Under the pieces are notes generated by a model. That model had not been told where the DNA came from and made no database searches. It saw only the letters and a program-made list of their open reading frames with translations. Shown here in pieces: positions 20,884-31,118 of a stretch of DNA of 64,000 nt. The translations under genes were made by a program, and so were the position numbers. This stretch comes from Blastocatellia bacterium (GTDB lineage Bacteria; Acidobacteriota; Blastocatellia; UBA7656): contig CAVXWP010000007.1 of assembly GCA_963765495.1 (NCBI GenBank), positions 224,001 through 288,000 on the forward strand, written 5' to 3'. The number at the start of each line of letters is the position of its first letter. Positions within the stretch are counted from its first letter, which is position 1.

Positions 20884-21477
20884 ATGAAAGCGAGTTTCTT
20901 TTCCTTTGTCTGCGTTGTCGCCCTGTTGATGGTTGCAACGACTGCGAGGGGGCAATCACGCGTGTCTTCCACGCCTGCTGATGACACGGGCCGCGATGCC
21001 GTAGGATTCAGGATGGACCATGTTACAAAGGAGACCGTCGGTGAAACCAACGCGCCTAGAAGTCCTTCGACAAAGCAGGCCATTGAGGATTTTCTGGAGT
21101 TACAAAAAAGCAATCGCCATATACTCGATGTGTCGAAAGCCTCGCCGCTTGCTTTTGACCAGATAATCGAAAACGCAAAAGAGGTGAATAAGCGAGCCAA
21201 TCGCCTCAAAACGAGTCTTAATCTGCCAAAACCGCCGAAGTCTACGGATCAATTTAAGGAGAGCGACAATCCTTCGATAGAGGAAATGAAGGGACAAATA
21301 GAGCAGCTTAATCAGTATGTCAAAGCCTTCGTCACCAATCCCATGTTCCGCAACCTTCAGGCAGCCGATAAGGACCTGCCGTCGGAGGCGAGCGAGAATC
21401 TGCGAAATGTAATTGAGTTGAGCCGCGCCCTTCAGAAGAATGCTGATAAATTGCGACACAATGGCTCGCAGCAATAG
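20884..21477 (+). CDS. Secreted alpha-helical protein (FVTNPxF family), paralogue B
   Basis: AGGAGAGG RBS, signal peptide, AFVTNPMF and RANRLKTSLNLP homologous to paralogue A. Confidence 0.82.
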   Translation: MKASFFSFVCVVALLMVATTARGQSRVSSTPADDTGRDAVGFRMDHVTKETVGETNAPRSPSTKQAIEDFLELQKSNRHILDVSKASPLAFDQIIENAKEVNKRANRLKTSLNLPKPPKSTDQFKESDNPSIEEMKGQIEQLNQYVKAFVTNPMFRNLQAADKDLPSEASENLRNVIELSRALQKNADKLRHNGSQQ

Positions 21478-21502
21478 GCCAGGCTTTCTGTCGGGTTGAT
21501 AC

Positions 21503-21532
21503 GAAAAAGGGCGGCCGACAGCCGCCCTTTTC
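21503..21532. terminator. Bidirectional intrinsic terminator
   Basis: GAAAAAGGGCGGC-cgaca-GCCGCCCTTTTC between convergent genes. Confidence 0.85.
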
Positions 21533-21552
21533 ATTTAGCCTGCCGTTGATTC

Positions 21553-24500
21553 TTAGAAATCGAGTCGCAGTGCAAGCTGTATGACTCTGGCTCCGGATGA
21601 GCCGGGACCGCCTCCGGGTGCGATAGTCGTGGTCGAGCGCCCAACCCTCGGATCATTCAAATTGCCTATAGGCAATCCGAAATTCGGATGGTTGAACAGA
21701 TTGAAGGCATTACCCTGAAATTGCAACGAGGTGTTTTCTGTCAGTTTGAACTTTTTGTGTAAACCGAAATCTACATTGCTGAATCCGGGTCCGCTCAAAA
21801 TGTTTCGGCCTGTCGTTCCGTCGCACCACCATTGAGTGTTGCTGATGATTACGCCGTTGCCCGGTCCGCAGGCGGCGGCGGGCCCTATCTGATTGGCGCG
21901 GGTTACCATCCCGACAAATTGCGTGCTGTCGAAATAGCTATCGGCGGGGCTTTGGTTGTGGTCGATCACGCTCGTCACGTCGCCGCTGCCGATGTAGGCG
22001 GCGCGGTCGGTGAAGTAGCCGTCTCCGTTTGAGTCTTGCGAGGAACTTCCGCTGAAGACGCTGAAGGGCACTCCCGATTGCACCGATACGATGCCGGTCG
22101 CTACCCATCCACCGAGGAAGCGGTTGTCCTTAAAGAAAGGAAACTCGTAATCGAAACTGGCTACAAACCGATGGCGGAGATCGAAATCGGCCCGACCCCG
22201 GTCAAGATCGATGTTAAAGTTATCCATCGGGCGCAGACCCAGACGACTGTTAAAGGCATCGCTGATCGAATCAATCGCCTTCGAGTAGGTGTAACTGCCG
22301 TTCAACTGCAATCCGAAAGCTGCGCGATGGCGGACGCCGACCTGCAATCCGTGATAGCTTGACGTAAAGGCATTTGTACGGAAATTGTCTCCGGCTATGT
22401 TGATATTTGGTCGCCGGGTGCTTCCGTTGGCTCTGCCTGTGGATCCCGTGCCTATGCGTCCGTTGTAAGTGTTGATATCAACGACTCCGGTCAACTCACG
22501 CCCGAACGTACCGATGTAGTTTGTCTCAAGGACGGTGTCCTTTGCAAACTGCCACTGTATGCCAAAGAAGGTCTGATGGTTGAACGGAGTTTTGAGGTTC
22601 TCGTCAATGTGACGCGGCGACGGAGCTGGCGGTCCACCGGGGAAGAAGGCCGGGTTGTTAAACAGGCTCGTGCTTGTGAATGGCACGGTAAACAGCCCCG
22701 GCGTAATAAGCGGGCCTACGGGGAAGCCGTTGCCGAAAGTGCCTACTGTGTTGAAGGCGAAAAACGGCGCGTTGAAGCGGATGTTTTCGAACAGGTTGTT
22801 CCAGATACGATCATAAAATACGCCGTATCCGCCACGAACCACAAGTTTCTGGTCCTCAAAAACATCCCACGCAAACCCGACTCTGGGAGCAAAGTTGTTT
22901 TTGTCCTTGTTCCATATCTCGTGATCGCGCTGCTGGAAAGCACCATTTACGACTTCGGCGATCAGCGGGCTGTCACTGGGGAAAAAGACGTTCGCCGCGG
23001 GGTTCGGAACCGGAGTGGCGCTCGACCCGAAGAAGAAGTTGGAATCTAATCCCTTGCGGAAGTTGTGAGGCGGCCCGAAATACTCCCATCGCAAGCCGAG
23101 GTTAAGGGTCAGATTACGCCTGACCTTCCAATCGTCCTGGAAAAAGACTCCAAATTCGTTTGCGCGATAGCCCCTGTAGAACTCGGGCAGGTCGCTTGTA
23201 AGCGGATTGACCGCCGCCTGCGCAAGGGTGAATCCGCCGAAGACCGGTCCTCCGAAAATCGCCTGATCGGCTTCATCCCCAAAGAATGCATCGGTGAGAA
23301 GCTCTTCGACGCCGTGAGGCAGGAAGAGACCATTCTTGGTTGCTTCGAAGGCTGAGCCGTTGCGGGTCCGACGGTATTCGCCGCCCGCTTTGAAACTGTG
23401 CGCCCCCATCAGGAAAGAAAGCTGATCCTGATACTGGAACTGGTTGTCGGTGAAAAATTGGGGCAGGGCGCTGCTTTGCCCAAAGCCTACACCGAGCGGA
23501 TCAATGCCGGTAACGATGGACGGGACATTATCAAGTCCGGGAAGCTGCGGGAAGTCCGATCTGTGGCGAAGATAGCTTACCTTCGCTTCGTTGATAACGG
23601 TCGGGCTAAAGGTGTGTGTATAGCTGATGCCTATATTGACCCCGCGAGACGGGTTCTCGATGGGAGGTCCTATGGTTGCATCTCCACCGAAAACCGAGTT
23701 TGTGTCTTTCAAATTCTCAAGCAGGAAGGTGCCGCTCAGCCGGTCGTAATCGGAGATCGTATGATCGATCTTTGTGCTGATGCGGTACTGGTTAAATATC
23801 CTTGCGTTGAGGACCGTTACATCGCCGTAAACAGGCACCGGATAGACTATGCCGTCTGTGAACAGGCCCGCCCCGACATTTGTAAAGTTGTTTGTGGCCA
23901 GAGGGAAGCTTGTCGGATTGCTGGCCAGCAGGGATTGGAAAATCGGCCCGAGCGAGCGCGATCTTGAGAAGGCTCCCGGGCATGGCGCTCCGTTGTTGAC
24001 CACGCACAGGCCGTTCGGGTTCGATTCCTGGAAGGCCGCAAAGCGACCGCTATTGACGAAATCGAGGAACTGCTGCGTTGTGCTTGTGGTCGTGACTGGG
24101 GATGATTGGCGGAGGCGATGGAATTCGAGGCTTCCAAAGAAGAAGGTCTTCTCCTTGAGTATCGGCCCCCCGAAAGAACCGCCAAACTGGTTGCGAACCA
24201 GGGCGTCTTTGACGCCGTCGCGATTGGAAAAGAAATCGTTGGCGGCAAGCGCCTGCACGCGGTTGTACTCAAACAGCGAGCCGTGGAAGTCATTTGTGCC
24301 GCTCTTAAGCACCGTATCGGCGACGAATCCGCCTGCTTTGCCGTACTGCGCGGAATAGTTGTTTGTGATTATGCGAAATTCCTGGATGGCTTCGGGCGAA
24401 ATTGACGTGATGCCGCCTGACACGGTGGCTCCGCGCCCGCCCTGGCCCTGATCGTTGTTGTCATAACCATCAACCAGGAAATTTCCTTCGCCTCCGCGCG

Positions 24501-25044
24501 CTCCGTTGACGGCCGCGCCACGCGTGCTGCCTGCAACATTGTTTGGAACCACGCCGGGAAGAAGGTTGATGAACTCGTTCGAGTCACGGTTTTCGAGCGG
24601 GTAACTCTCCCAGACCTTGCGGTTCAACAGCGTAGAGACGCTCGCCTGTGTCGGCTGAACGAGTTGTTCGCCCCCGGCCTGAACGGTCACCGTTTCTGTG
24701 GGCTGTCCTATTTGAAGCGTGATGTCTTGCCTGACGACCTGGCCAACCGTGAGAACGACATTTTCGATCAGGGCCTGGCTAAAGCCGGAGGCTTCCACTG
24801 ATACCGTGTAATTTCCCACGGGCAACGTGGGAAATGTGTAGATTCCGGTATCATTGGCCGTTGTCGTGTGAGGGATATTCGTTCCCGTGTTGGTGGCGGT
24901 GACCTTGGCGCCTGGTACAACCGCGCCTGACGGGTCGAGCACCGTGCCGGTCAAACTCGCATTGCCTGCGCTCTGAGCGAAAACGGGTATATTGAGAGAG
25001 GCTATGAGCAAGGCAACAAGCGCTGCGGAAAAGTATTTCCTCAT
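21553..25044 (-). CDS. Oar-like TonB-dependent receptor with carboxypeptidase-regulatory-like domain
   Basis: TAAGGAGG RBS, signal peptide, DGYDNND, QDDWKVRRNLTLNLGLRWE, NNFAPRVGFAWD, C-terminal RVIQLALRLDF. Confidence 0.93.
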   Translation of the reverse strand: MRKYFSAALVALLIASLNIPVFAQSAGNASLTGTVLDPSGAVVPGAKVTATNTGTNIPHTTTANDTGIYTFPTLPVGNYTVSVEASGFSQALIENVVLTVGQVVRQDITLQIGQPTETVTVQAGGEQLVQPTQASVSTLLNRKVWESYPLENRDSNEFINLLPGVVPNNVAGSTRGAAVNGARGGEGNFLVDGYDNNDQGQGGRGATVSGGITSISPEAIQEFRIITNNYSAQYGKAGGFVADTVLKSGTNDFHGSLFEYNRVQALAANDFFSNRDGVKDALVRNQFGGSFGGPILKEKTFFFGSLEFHRLRQSSPVTTTSTTQQFLDFVNSGRFAAFQESNPNGLCVVNNGAPCPGAFSRSRSLGPIFQSLLASNPTSFPLATNNFTNVGAGLFTDGIVYPVPVYGDVTVLNARIFNQYRISTKIDHTISDYDRLSGTFLLENLKDTNSVFGGDATIGPPIENPSRGVNIGISYTHTFSPTVINEAKVSYLRHRSDFPQLPGLDNVPSIVTGIDPLGVGFGQSSALPQFFTDNQFQYQDQLSFLMGAHSFKAGGEYRRTRNGSAFEATKNGLFLPHGVEELLTDAFFGDEADQAIFGGPVFGGFTLAQAAVNPLTSDLPEFYRGYRANEFGVFFQDDWKVRRNLTLNLGLRWEYFGPPHNFRKGLDSNFFFGSSATPVPNPAANVFFPSDSPLIAEVVNGAFQQRDHEIWNKDKNNFAPRVGFAWDVFEDQKLVVRGGYGVFYDRIWNNLFENIRFNAPFFAFNTVGTFGNGFPVGPLITPGLFTVPFTSTSLFNNPAFFPGGPPAPSPRHIDENLKTPFNHQTFFGIQWQFAKDTVLETNYIGTFGRELTGVVDINTYNGRIGTGSTGRANGSTRRPNINIAGDNFRTNAFTSSYHGLQVGVRHRAAFGLQLNGSYTYSKAIDSISDAFNSRLGLRPMDNFNIDLDRGRADFDLRHRFVASFDYEFPFFKDNRFLGGWVATGIVSVQSGVPFSVFSGSSSQDSNGDGYFTDRAAYIGSGDVTSVIDHNQSPADSYFDSTQFVGMVTRANQIGPAAACGPGNGVIISNTQWWCDGTTGRNILSGPGFSNVDFGLHKKFKLTENTSLQFQGNAFNLFNHPNFGLPIGNLNDPRVGRSTTTIAPGGGPGSSGARVIQLALRLDF

Positions 25045-25656
25045 CGTTTAGACCTCCTTAGTTTCATAACGGAGCTTAATCAAATGCCATCTAACTACAT
25101 ACCAGGGCATCTCTGATTGTGAGATCATTGAGGAATTTTGTAGTTCTTCGCCGTGGAACTGCTGAAAGATATGCAATCAATTAAACCCGTCATAGGTTTA
25201 TTCCACATTTACAAGGAAGCGGCTAATCTCATTTCCCAAGACTGCCGCAATGATCCTGTAGCAATTTCCCTGGCATACTCGATAGCCGGAAGGAAATCGG
25301 GCTGAATCGATCAGTGCGTCGGAGCAAGCGTTAGCAATTAAAAAAATCAGCACCTGAAAAATTCATAACGTTATGTTGGATTGCAACTATTATGCCTGAA
25401 AAAAATACGCGTCAGGATATTATAAGTGCCTTATTTGATAATGATTTAAGGAGGTTTTGTGTTCATCCTGCCATAGAGGTATATTCGAAAATATGGAAAT
25501 CATCCATAAAAATGGAGATTCGTAGGTTTTATCATAAAACACGAGAAAGGGGCTTTGAGAAACGATGTGAGAATAGAAGCAGCCGTCGAAAAACGCGTTT
25601 CCGGGCCATTCAGCTTTCCAAAATGTAGAACTGGAAAATAGAAATAGGTCGGGCCG

Positions 25657-25800
25657 CAGGGCCATTTAATTTCTCAGGAAAATCTTAGCGAGCTTTGCGT
25701 TTTTGCGACTTGCGAAGCCACAGATAGTTTCAAAGTCGCAAAGCTTGCTAAGAGGTTTCATTAAGAAAGTTGCAGTCTTCTTGAGAATTAAATGGCCCTG
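25657..25800. mobile_element. 144-bp MITE-like element with terminal inverted repeats and ~10-bp target duplication
   Basis: TIRs CAGGGCCATTTAATT(T)CTCA / TGAGAATTAAATGGCCCTG. Flanks GGTCGGGCCG (25647-25656) and GGTCGGGACG (25801-25810). Internal CTTTGCG/CGCAAAG palindrome. Confidence 0.7.
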
Positions 25801-25842
25801 GGTCGGGACGGATGCGGGCAGTTGGGATCGGCTATATCTGGC

Positions 25843-25872
25843 TTGACAAGAAAAACCGCTTTTTCGTATTCT
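25843..25872 (+). promoter_or_regulatory. sigma70 promoter of the rplM operon
   Basis: TTGACA-18nt-TATTCT about 40 bp before rplM. Confidence 0.7.
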
Positions 25873-25913
25873 ACTAGTTCGTCTTTTTTACGCTAGATTT
25901 GGAGATTCGTATC

Positions 25914-26348
25914 ATGCAAACATTCGTGCCAAGCGGCAAGAACCTTGAGCAGAACCGGAAATGGTTTATCATCGATGCCAGTGGCAAGACCGTTGGCCGG
26001 CTGGCGACGCAGGCTGCCATGATCTTGATGGGTAAGACCAAGCCTACCTATACGCCTTTTCTGGATGTAGGCGACCACATTGTTATCATAAACGCCGAAA
26101 AGGTGGTCTTTACCGGCAACAAATTGCAGGATAAAGTATATCGCCATCACACGGGGTATCCGGGCGGGCTTAAAGAGATCACGGCTCAAAAGCAGATGCA
26201 GCGCCACCCGGAGCGGGTGCTGGAATCGGCAATCCGGGGCATGCTTCCAAAGACCAAGCTTGGCCGCAAGATGGGCAAAAAGCTCAAAGTCTATGCCGGT
26301 TCGGATCATCCGCATCAGGCTCAACAGCCCGAATCGCTTGACGTATGA
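25914..26348 (+). CDS. rplM: 50S ribosomal protein L13
   Basis: [40 protein letters not shown]. Confidence 0.98.
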   Translation: MQTFVPSGKNLEQNRKWFIIDASGKTVGRLATQAAMILMGKTKPTYTPFLDVGDHIVIINAEKVVFTGNKLQDKVYRHHTGYPGGLKEITAQKQMQRHPERVLESAIRGMLPKTKLGRKMGKKLKVYAGSDHPHQAQQPESLDV

Positions 26349-26440
26349 TCCTCTGGTTTAGGCAAGTTCTCAGCCCGGCCCGCAAAGCCCTCTCTGAGAT
26401 GGCTCAAGGCCGGGCCCTATGATTTGAAGGAGAGTTTATA

Positions 26441-26836
26441 GTGGCAGAGACTATTCAAAACTACGGCACGGGCCGGCGCAAGAGCGCGACCGCGCGGGTT
26501 TATATAAAACCCGGATCGGGAGAGATCACGGTAAACAAGCGCAAGCTTGAAGAATACTTCCCGAACGAGACGCATCGAATGGTGATACGCCAGCCGCTTC
26601 ACCTGATCGATTCGGTAGGCAAATTCGACATACTCGTAAACGTCGCCGGAGGCGGGAGCGCAGGGCAGGCGGGCGCGGTGCGTCACGGGCTGACGCGCGC
26701 TCTTATCGAACTCAATCCCGACTTCCGCACAAGGCTCAAGAAGGCCGGTTTTGTCAGCCGCGACCCGCGCGCCAAAGAGCGAAAGAAGTATGGTCAGAAG
26801 GGCGCTCGCAAGCGGTTCCAGTTCTCGAAACGATAA
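26441..26836 (+). CDS. rpsI: 30S ribosomal protein S9
   Basis: [32 protein letters not shown]. Confidence 0.98.
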   Translation: MAETIQNYGTGRRKSATARVYIKPGSGEITVNKRKLEEYFPNETHRMVIRQPLHLIDSVGKFDILVNVAGGGSAGQAGAVRHGLTRALIELNPDFRTRLKKAGFVSRDPRAKERKKYGQKGARKRFQFSKR

Positions 26837-26843
26837 TTGCTTT

Positions 26844-26910
26844 GTGATGAGTAATGCGTTATGCGTGATCGGAGTTTTTCCTTTTCACGCATCACACATT
26901 ACCCATCACT
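26844..26910. repeat. Short heptamer inverted-repeat element (degenerate GATGCGT type)
   Basis: GTGATGA GTAATGC GTTATGC GTGAT ... TCACGCA TCACACA TTACCCA TCACT after the rpsI stop. Confidence 0.75.
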
Positions 26911-27006
26911 CAATCCATTGCCGGTCCTCGCGATTGGTTGTTCCAGCAGGGCAATTGGGACGCGGGCCGGTGAGTACATAAACCAATTCAACTTTAGGAG
27001 GAACGA

Positions 27007-28221
27007 TTGGCTACCGTAACTATGAAAGAACTGCTTGAAGCCGGTGTCCACTTCGGGCATCAGGTCAGGCGGTGGAATCCGAAGATGAAAGAGTTCATCT
27101 TTGGCGAGCGAAACGGAATCTACATCATTGACCTTCAGAAGACGCAGCGCCTCTTTAAGGAAGCGGTCAAATTTGTGACCCAGCAGGCTCTTGATAACAG
27201 GAGCTTCCTTTTCGTAGGCACAAAGCGCCAGGCTCAGGACGCCGTTGAGGAAGAGGCCAAACGATGTAATCAATATTATGTAAATCAGCGATGGCTCGGC
27301 GGATTGCTGACTAACTTTCAGACGGTTCAAAAATCCATCCAGCGCATGAAAGATATAGAAGCCATGCGAAATGATGGACGGTTCGAGGCCCTGACTAAAA
27401 AAGAGCGACTGGGACTTGACCGCGAACACGCGGCGCTTGAAAAAAACCTCGCGGGCATCCGCGATATGCGACGGTTGCCGGATGTGATCTTTATCATTGA
27501 TTCCAATAAAGAAGAGATCGCAGTCCACGAGGCCAATAAACTCGGCATTCCGACCGTCGCCATAGTCGATACCAACTGTAATCCCGACGGGATAGACTAT
27601 ATCGTACCGGGCAATGACGATGCCTTGCGAGCCGTTCGCCTGTTTGCGTCAAAGATGGCCGACGCCATCATCGAGGGGCAGCAGATGCTCAAGGAAGGCG
27701 CAGCCGACGGGGCCGAAGAGACCGAAACGGTAGATATGGCCTCTGTTTCGGGGGCTTCTGATGCGCCTCGCGGCGAGCGAGGTGACAGGGGTGATCGAGG
27801 TGATCGGCGTGATAGAGGACGCTCGCGCGGGGACAGGCGAGGAGGACGCCCCGCTCGCACTACGTATGTGCCGCCAGGCGCGCCTCCCATGCCGGAGACG
27901 GCTCCTGAGAGCGCATCCGATCAGGGAGGCAGGGCTGCTCCTTCGGGTGCGGTGGCTGCTTCGATCAGCCCCGAAGCTATCTCCGAGCAACCCGGTATGC
28001 AGATGTCATCTCCGGGGCATCGCGGACACCACGAAACCGTTGATGCAGAGCAGGAGACTGTGCCGCCCGTGACCGCTCCGGCAGCCGAGCACGTTGCAGG
28101 CGCTTTCGGTGAAGAGCCTAATCAGGAGACCACCGAGCCTCAACTGCTACCGGCAGAGCATCCGGCCGATAAAGCCAGCCCCGACAATGCAAGCGCAGAG
28201 GCGGCTGAAGCGACAGAATAA
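27007..28221 (+). CDS. rpsB: 30S ribosomal protein S2 with long low-complexity C-terminal extension
   Basis: [30 protein letters not shown] start with AGGAGG RBS; ~170-aa tail. Confidence 0.97.
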   Translation: MATVTMKELLEAGVHFGHQVRRWNPKMKEFIFGERNGIYIIDLQKTQRLFKEAVKFVTQQALDNRSFLFVGTKRQAQDAVEEEAKRCNQYYVNQRWLGGLLTNFQTVQKSIQRMKDIEAMRNDGRFEALTKKERLGLDREHAALEKNLAGIRDMRRLPDVIFIIDSNKEEIAVHEANKLGIPTVAIVDTNCNPDGIDYIVPGNDDALRAVRLFASKMADAIIEGQQMLKEGAADGAEETETVDMASVSGASDAPRGERGDRGDRGDRRDRGRSRGDRRGGRPARTTYVPPGAPPMPETAPESASDQGGRAAPSGAVAASISPEAISEQPGMQMSSPGHRGHHETVDAEQETVPPVTAPAAEHVAGAFGEEPNQETTEPQLLPAEHPADKASPDNASAEAAEATE

Positions 28222-28347
28222 GGGATGAGGGATGAGGGATGAGGGATGAAAAGGATTGTAGGGGAAGACTCCGGTAATTGGTCAAACCCAATTAATCGGA
28301 ATTTTCCCTTAGACTCTTTTCATCCCTCATCCCTCCCGAAATCCCTC
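28221..28347. repeat. Heptamer inverted-repeat element, GGGATGA type
   Basis: (AGGGATG)4 AAAAGGA, ~60-bp core, TCTTTT(CATCCCT)n, starting at the rpsB stop. Confidence 0.88.
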
Positions 28348-28370
28348 AGATAAGGGAGAATTAAGTACCG

Positions 28371-29042
28371 ATGGCAAACCCAGTTACACCAGCGACGATA
28401 AAGGCGCTCAGAGAGAAGACCGGCGCGGGAATGATGGAGTGCAAGTCTGCGCTCACGGAAGCCGGCGGCGAAGAAGAGAAGGCTATTGAGATTTTGCGCA
28501 AGCGCGGGCTTGCGACGGCAACCAAGAAGGCGGGCCGCGTGGCCGCCGAAGGTCTGGTCGATTCATATATTCACGCGGGCGGAAAGATAGGCGTGCTCGT
28601 AGAGGTCAACTGCGAAACCGATTTCGTAGCCCGCAGCGAAGAGTTCCGCTCTTTCGTCCACGACCTGGCGATGCACATAACGGCGGCTGAACCGCGCTTT
28701 GCCGCCAAGGAAGAGGTGCCTGCCGAACTGCTTGAAAAGGAGCGCGAGATCGCTTTGGAACAGGCTCGCTCCGATCCGAAGAACGCCAACAAGCCCGAAC
28801 AGGTGCTTGAAAAGATTGTCGAAGGCAGGGTCTCGAAATTCTATCAGGAATCCTGTCTGATGGAGCAGGCTTATGTTAAGGACCAGAACATCACGGTTGG
28901 AGACCTCGTGCGCCAGATGGTATCGAAGACCGGCGAAAACATAAGAGTCCGCCGCTTCACCCGTTTTAAGATGGGCGAGGGGATCGAGAAACGATCATCG
29001 GACCTCGGGGCCGAGGTTCAAGAACTGCTCGGCGGAAATTAA
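28371..29042 (+). CDS. tsf: Elongation factor Ts (short form)
   Basis: [34 protein letters not shown]. Confidence 0.97.
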   Translation: MANPVTPATIKALREKTGAGMMECKSALTEAGGEEEKAIEILRKRGLATATKKAGRVAAEGLVDSYIHAGGKIGVLVEVNCETDFVARSEEFRSFVHDLAMHITAAEPRFAAKEEVPAELLEKEREIALEQARSDPKNANKPEQVLEKIVEGRVSKFYQESCLMEQAYVKDQNITVGDLVRQMVSKTGENIRVRRFTRFKMGEGIEKRSSDLGAEVQELLGGN

Positions 29043-29047
29043 ATGTC

Positions 29048-29075
29048 AAAAAGCCTCTCGCAAGAGAGGCTTTTT
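29048..29075 (+). terminator. Intrinsic terminator after tsf
   Basis: AAAAAGCCTCTC-GCAA-GAGAGGCTTTTT. Confidence 0.85.
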
Positions 29076-29093
29076 AGTGTGCGAAATAACAAG

Positions 29094-29870
29094 ATGTCTG
29101 CAAATTCTAAACCTGTCTATAAGCGAATACTCCTGAAGTTATCGGGCGAGGCGTTGATGGGCGACCAGTCCTTCGGGATAGACCCTGACACGCTCAATCG
29201 AATAGCTCACGAGATCAAGGAAGTTCATGATCTGGGCGTAGAAGTGGCCATAGTCGTCGGCGGAGGAAACATCTTTCGAGGCATGGCGCTTTCTGCGAAA
29301 GGCATGGACCGCGCCTCGGCCGATTTTATGGGCATGCTTGCCACGGCGATGAACGGAGTGGCGTTGCAAGACGCGCTCGAAAAAGAGAACGTCTTTACCC
29401 GCGTGATGTCGGCCATAGACATGCGCGAAGTGGCCGAGCCCTTTATTCGCCGCCGCGCCATACGCCATCTGGAAAAGGGGCGCGTGGTAATCTTTGCCGC
29501 CGGAACAGGCAACCCTTTCTTTACCACGGATTCGGCAGCGGCGCTTCGAGCCCTTGAGATAAAGGCCGATGCGATACTGAAAGCTACGAAGGTAGAAGGC
29601 ATATACACGGCCGATCCCAAGATGGATACAACTGCCGTTATGTTTGACAGCCTGACCTATCTGGATGTGATTCAGCGCGATCTGAAGGTGATGGACACAT
29701 CGGCCATCAGCCTTTGTCGCGAGCGCGGCGTGCCTATACACGTCTTCAATCTGCACAAGCACGGCAACATATCCCGCGTAGTCCGAGGCGAAAAGGTCGG
29801 GACCGTGGTTTGGGATAAGCCGTCGCCCACGCCCGAAGAGGCAATAGGCCGACCGTCGCAATCCTCCTGA
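29094..29870 (+). CDS. pyrH: UMP kinase
   Basis: [30 protein letters not shown]. Confidence 0.97.
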   Translation: MSANSKPVYKRILLKLSGEALMGDQSFGIDPDTLNRIAHEIKEVHDLGVEVAIVVGGGNIFRGMALSAKGMDRASADFMGMLATAMNGVALQDALEKENVFTRVMSAIDMREVAEPFIRRRAIRHLEKGRVVIFAAGTGNPFFTTDSAAALRALEIKADAILKATKVEGIYTADPKMDTTAVMFDSLTYLDVIQRDLKVMDTSAISLCRERGVPIHVFNLHKHGNISRVVRGEKVGTVVWDKPSPTPEEAIGRPSQSS

Positions 29871-29877
29871 TTTTAAC

Positions 29878-29978
29878 CTTTGGATTTTGGATTGACGGAG
29901 GGTTCGTCAAGTATTTAATCTAAAATCCAAACTCGCGCCGCGCGCAGCGCATAATGCGCCATGAAAATCTAAAATCAG
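29878..29978. repeat. Heptamer inverted-repeat element, TTTTGGA type (degenerate)
   Basis: TTTGGATTTTGGATT ... AATCTAAAATCCAAA ... AAAATCTAAAATC between pyrH and frr. Confidence 0.7.
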
Positions 29979-29996
29979 GAGGGCGGAGGAACCTGA

Positions 29997-30557
29997 ATGG
30001 AAATCAAAGATATACTTAAAGAAACCGACACTCGTATGGACAGCGTGGTTGAAGACAGCCGCCGGAAATTTGCTACCGTGCGGACGGGCCGCGCCAGCGT
30101 GGGTCTGCTTGATGGCGTGACGGTCGAATATTACGGCACGCAGATGCCGCTCAATCAGATCGCAACTATTCACGCGCCTGAGCCGACAATGCTTACGGTG
30201 CAGCCGTTCGATCCTACACAGATCAACACCATCGAGAAGGGAATACGCGCATCCGACCTGGGGTTCAATCCCTCAAATGACGGTAAACTAATTCGCGTCC
30301 CGGTCCCGCCGCTCACCGAAGACCGCCGCAGGCAAATGGTAAAGGTAGTGCACGAAATAGCGGAAGAGCATCGCACGGCGGTGCGCAATATCCGGCGCGA
30401 TTCAAACGAACACCTGAAGAAACTGCTCAAGGAAAAATCTATCTCGGAAGACAACGAACGAGACGGTCTTGACGAGGTCCAAAAACTGACCGATCAGCAT
30501 ATCTCCAGAATTAACGAACTGTCGGAACACAAAGAAAAAGAAGTGATGACGGTCTAG
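29997..30557 (+). CDS. frr: Ribosome recycling factor
   Basis: [35 protein letters not shown]. Confidence 0.98.
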   Translation: MEIKDILKETDTRMDSVVEDSRRKFATVRTGRASVGLLDGVTVEYYGTQMPLNQIATIHAPEPTMLTVQPFDPTQINTIEKGIRASDLGFNPSNDGKLIRVPVPPLTEDRRRQMVKVVHEIAEEHRTAVRNIRRDSNEHLKKLLKEKSISEDNERDGLDEVQKLTDQHISRINELSEHKEKEVMTV

Positions 30558-30558
30558 C

Positions 30559-30696
30559 GATTTTGGATTTTAGATTTTGGATTTTGGATTTTGGATTTTA
30601 TGTTCGGAGATTGGATTGTACGGTCAAACGATATTTCCGCTAAATCTGCAATCCAAAATCTAAAATCCAAAATCTAAAATCCAAAATCTAAAATCC
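30559..30696. repeat. Heptamer inverted-repeat element, TTTTGGA type
   Basis: (GATTTTG/GATTTTA)6, ~48-bp core, (AAAATCC/AAAATCT)6 between convergent frr and response regulator. Confidence 0.92.
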
Positions 30697-31093
30697 CGTT
30701 GATTGTGTCGAGAAGATTGCTGATAGAGAAAGGTTTTACAAGCACGGCCGCCGCGCCGATGGAGCGAGCCGCTTTCTCGGCCAGATGATTCGAGATGGCC
30801 GATGTCACGATGACGGGCGGCACACTGGTTCCCGATTTCAGCAGATTTTTTATCATCTCAACGCCGTCCATGTCGGGCAGCGTTAAATCGAGCAGCACTA
30901 TATCAAGTCGCTTATCGCTTCCATTTGAGGTGGACGCGGATAAGGCTTCAAACGCCGCGCCGCCGGTCGCGCTCCAAATCACTTCGTGGCCCGCCGATTC
31001 CAGAACGAGCTTTAGCATCTCAGCCGAATCGGTGTCGTCTTCGACAATTAATATCCTGCCTGTTGCGGCTTGTCTTTCTGCTCCCGTAATCAT
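30674..31093 (-). CDS. Single-domain response regulator (receiver)
   Basis: ILIVEDD, DIVLLDLTLPDMDG, TSA, KPF. Confidence 0.92.
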   Translation of the reverse strand: MITGAERQAATGRILIVEDDTDSAEMLKLVLESAGHEVIWSATGGAAFEALSASTSNGSDKRLDIVLLDLTLPDMDGVEMIKNLLKSGTSVPPVIVTSAISNHLAEKAARSIGAAAVLVKPFSISNLLDTINGILDFGF

Positions 31094-31118
31094 ATTAAAT
31101 CCATAAGAAGCTCTCGCT

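Noticed and set aside
25392-25665. Small ORFs in AT-rich intergenic regions (also 34984..35256, 43604..44059, 52397..53287)
   Set aside because: No convincing RBS, codon usage or motif; probably non-coding regulatory DNA.
28371-29042. Short EF-Ts as a truncation
   Set aside because: Short EF-Ts forms are established in several phyla, and all key motifs are present.
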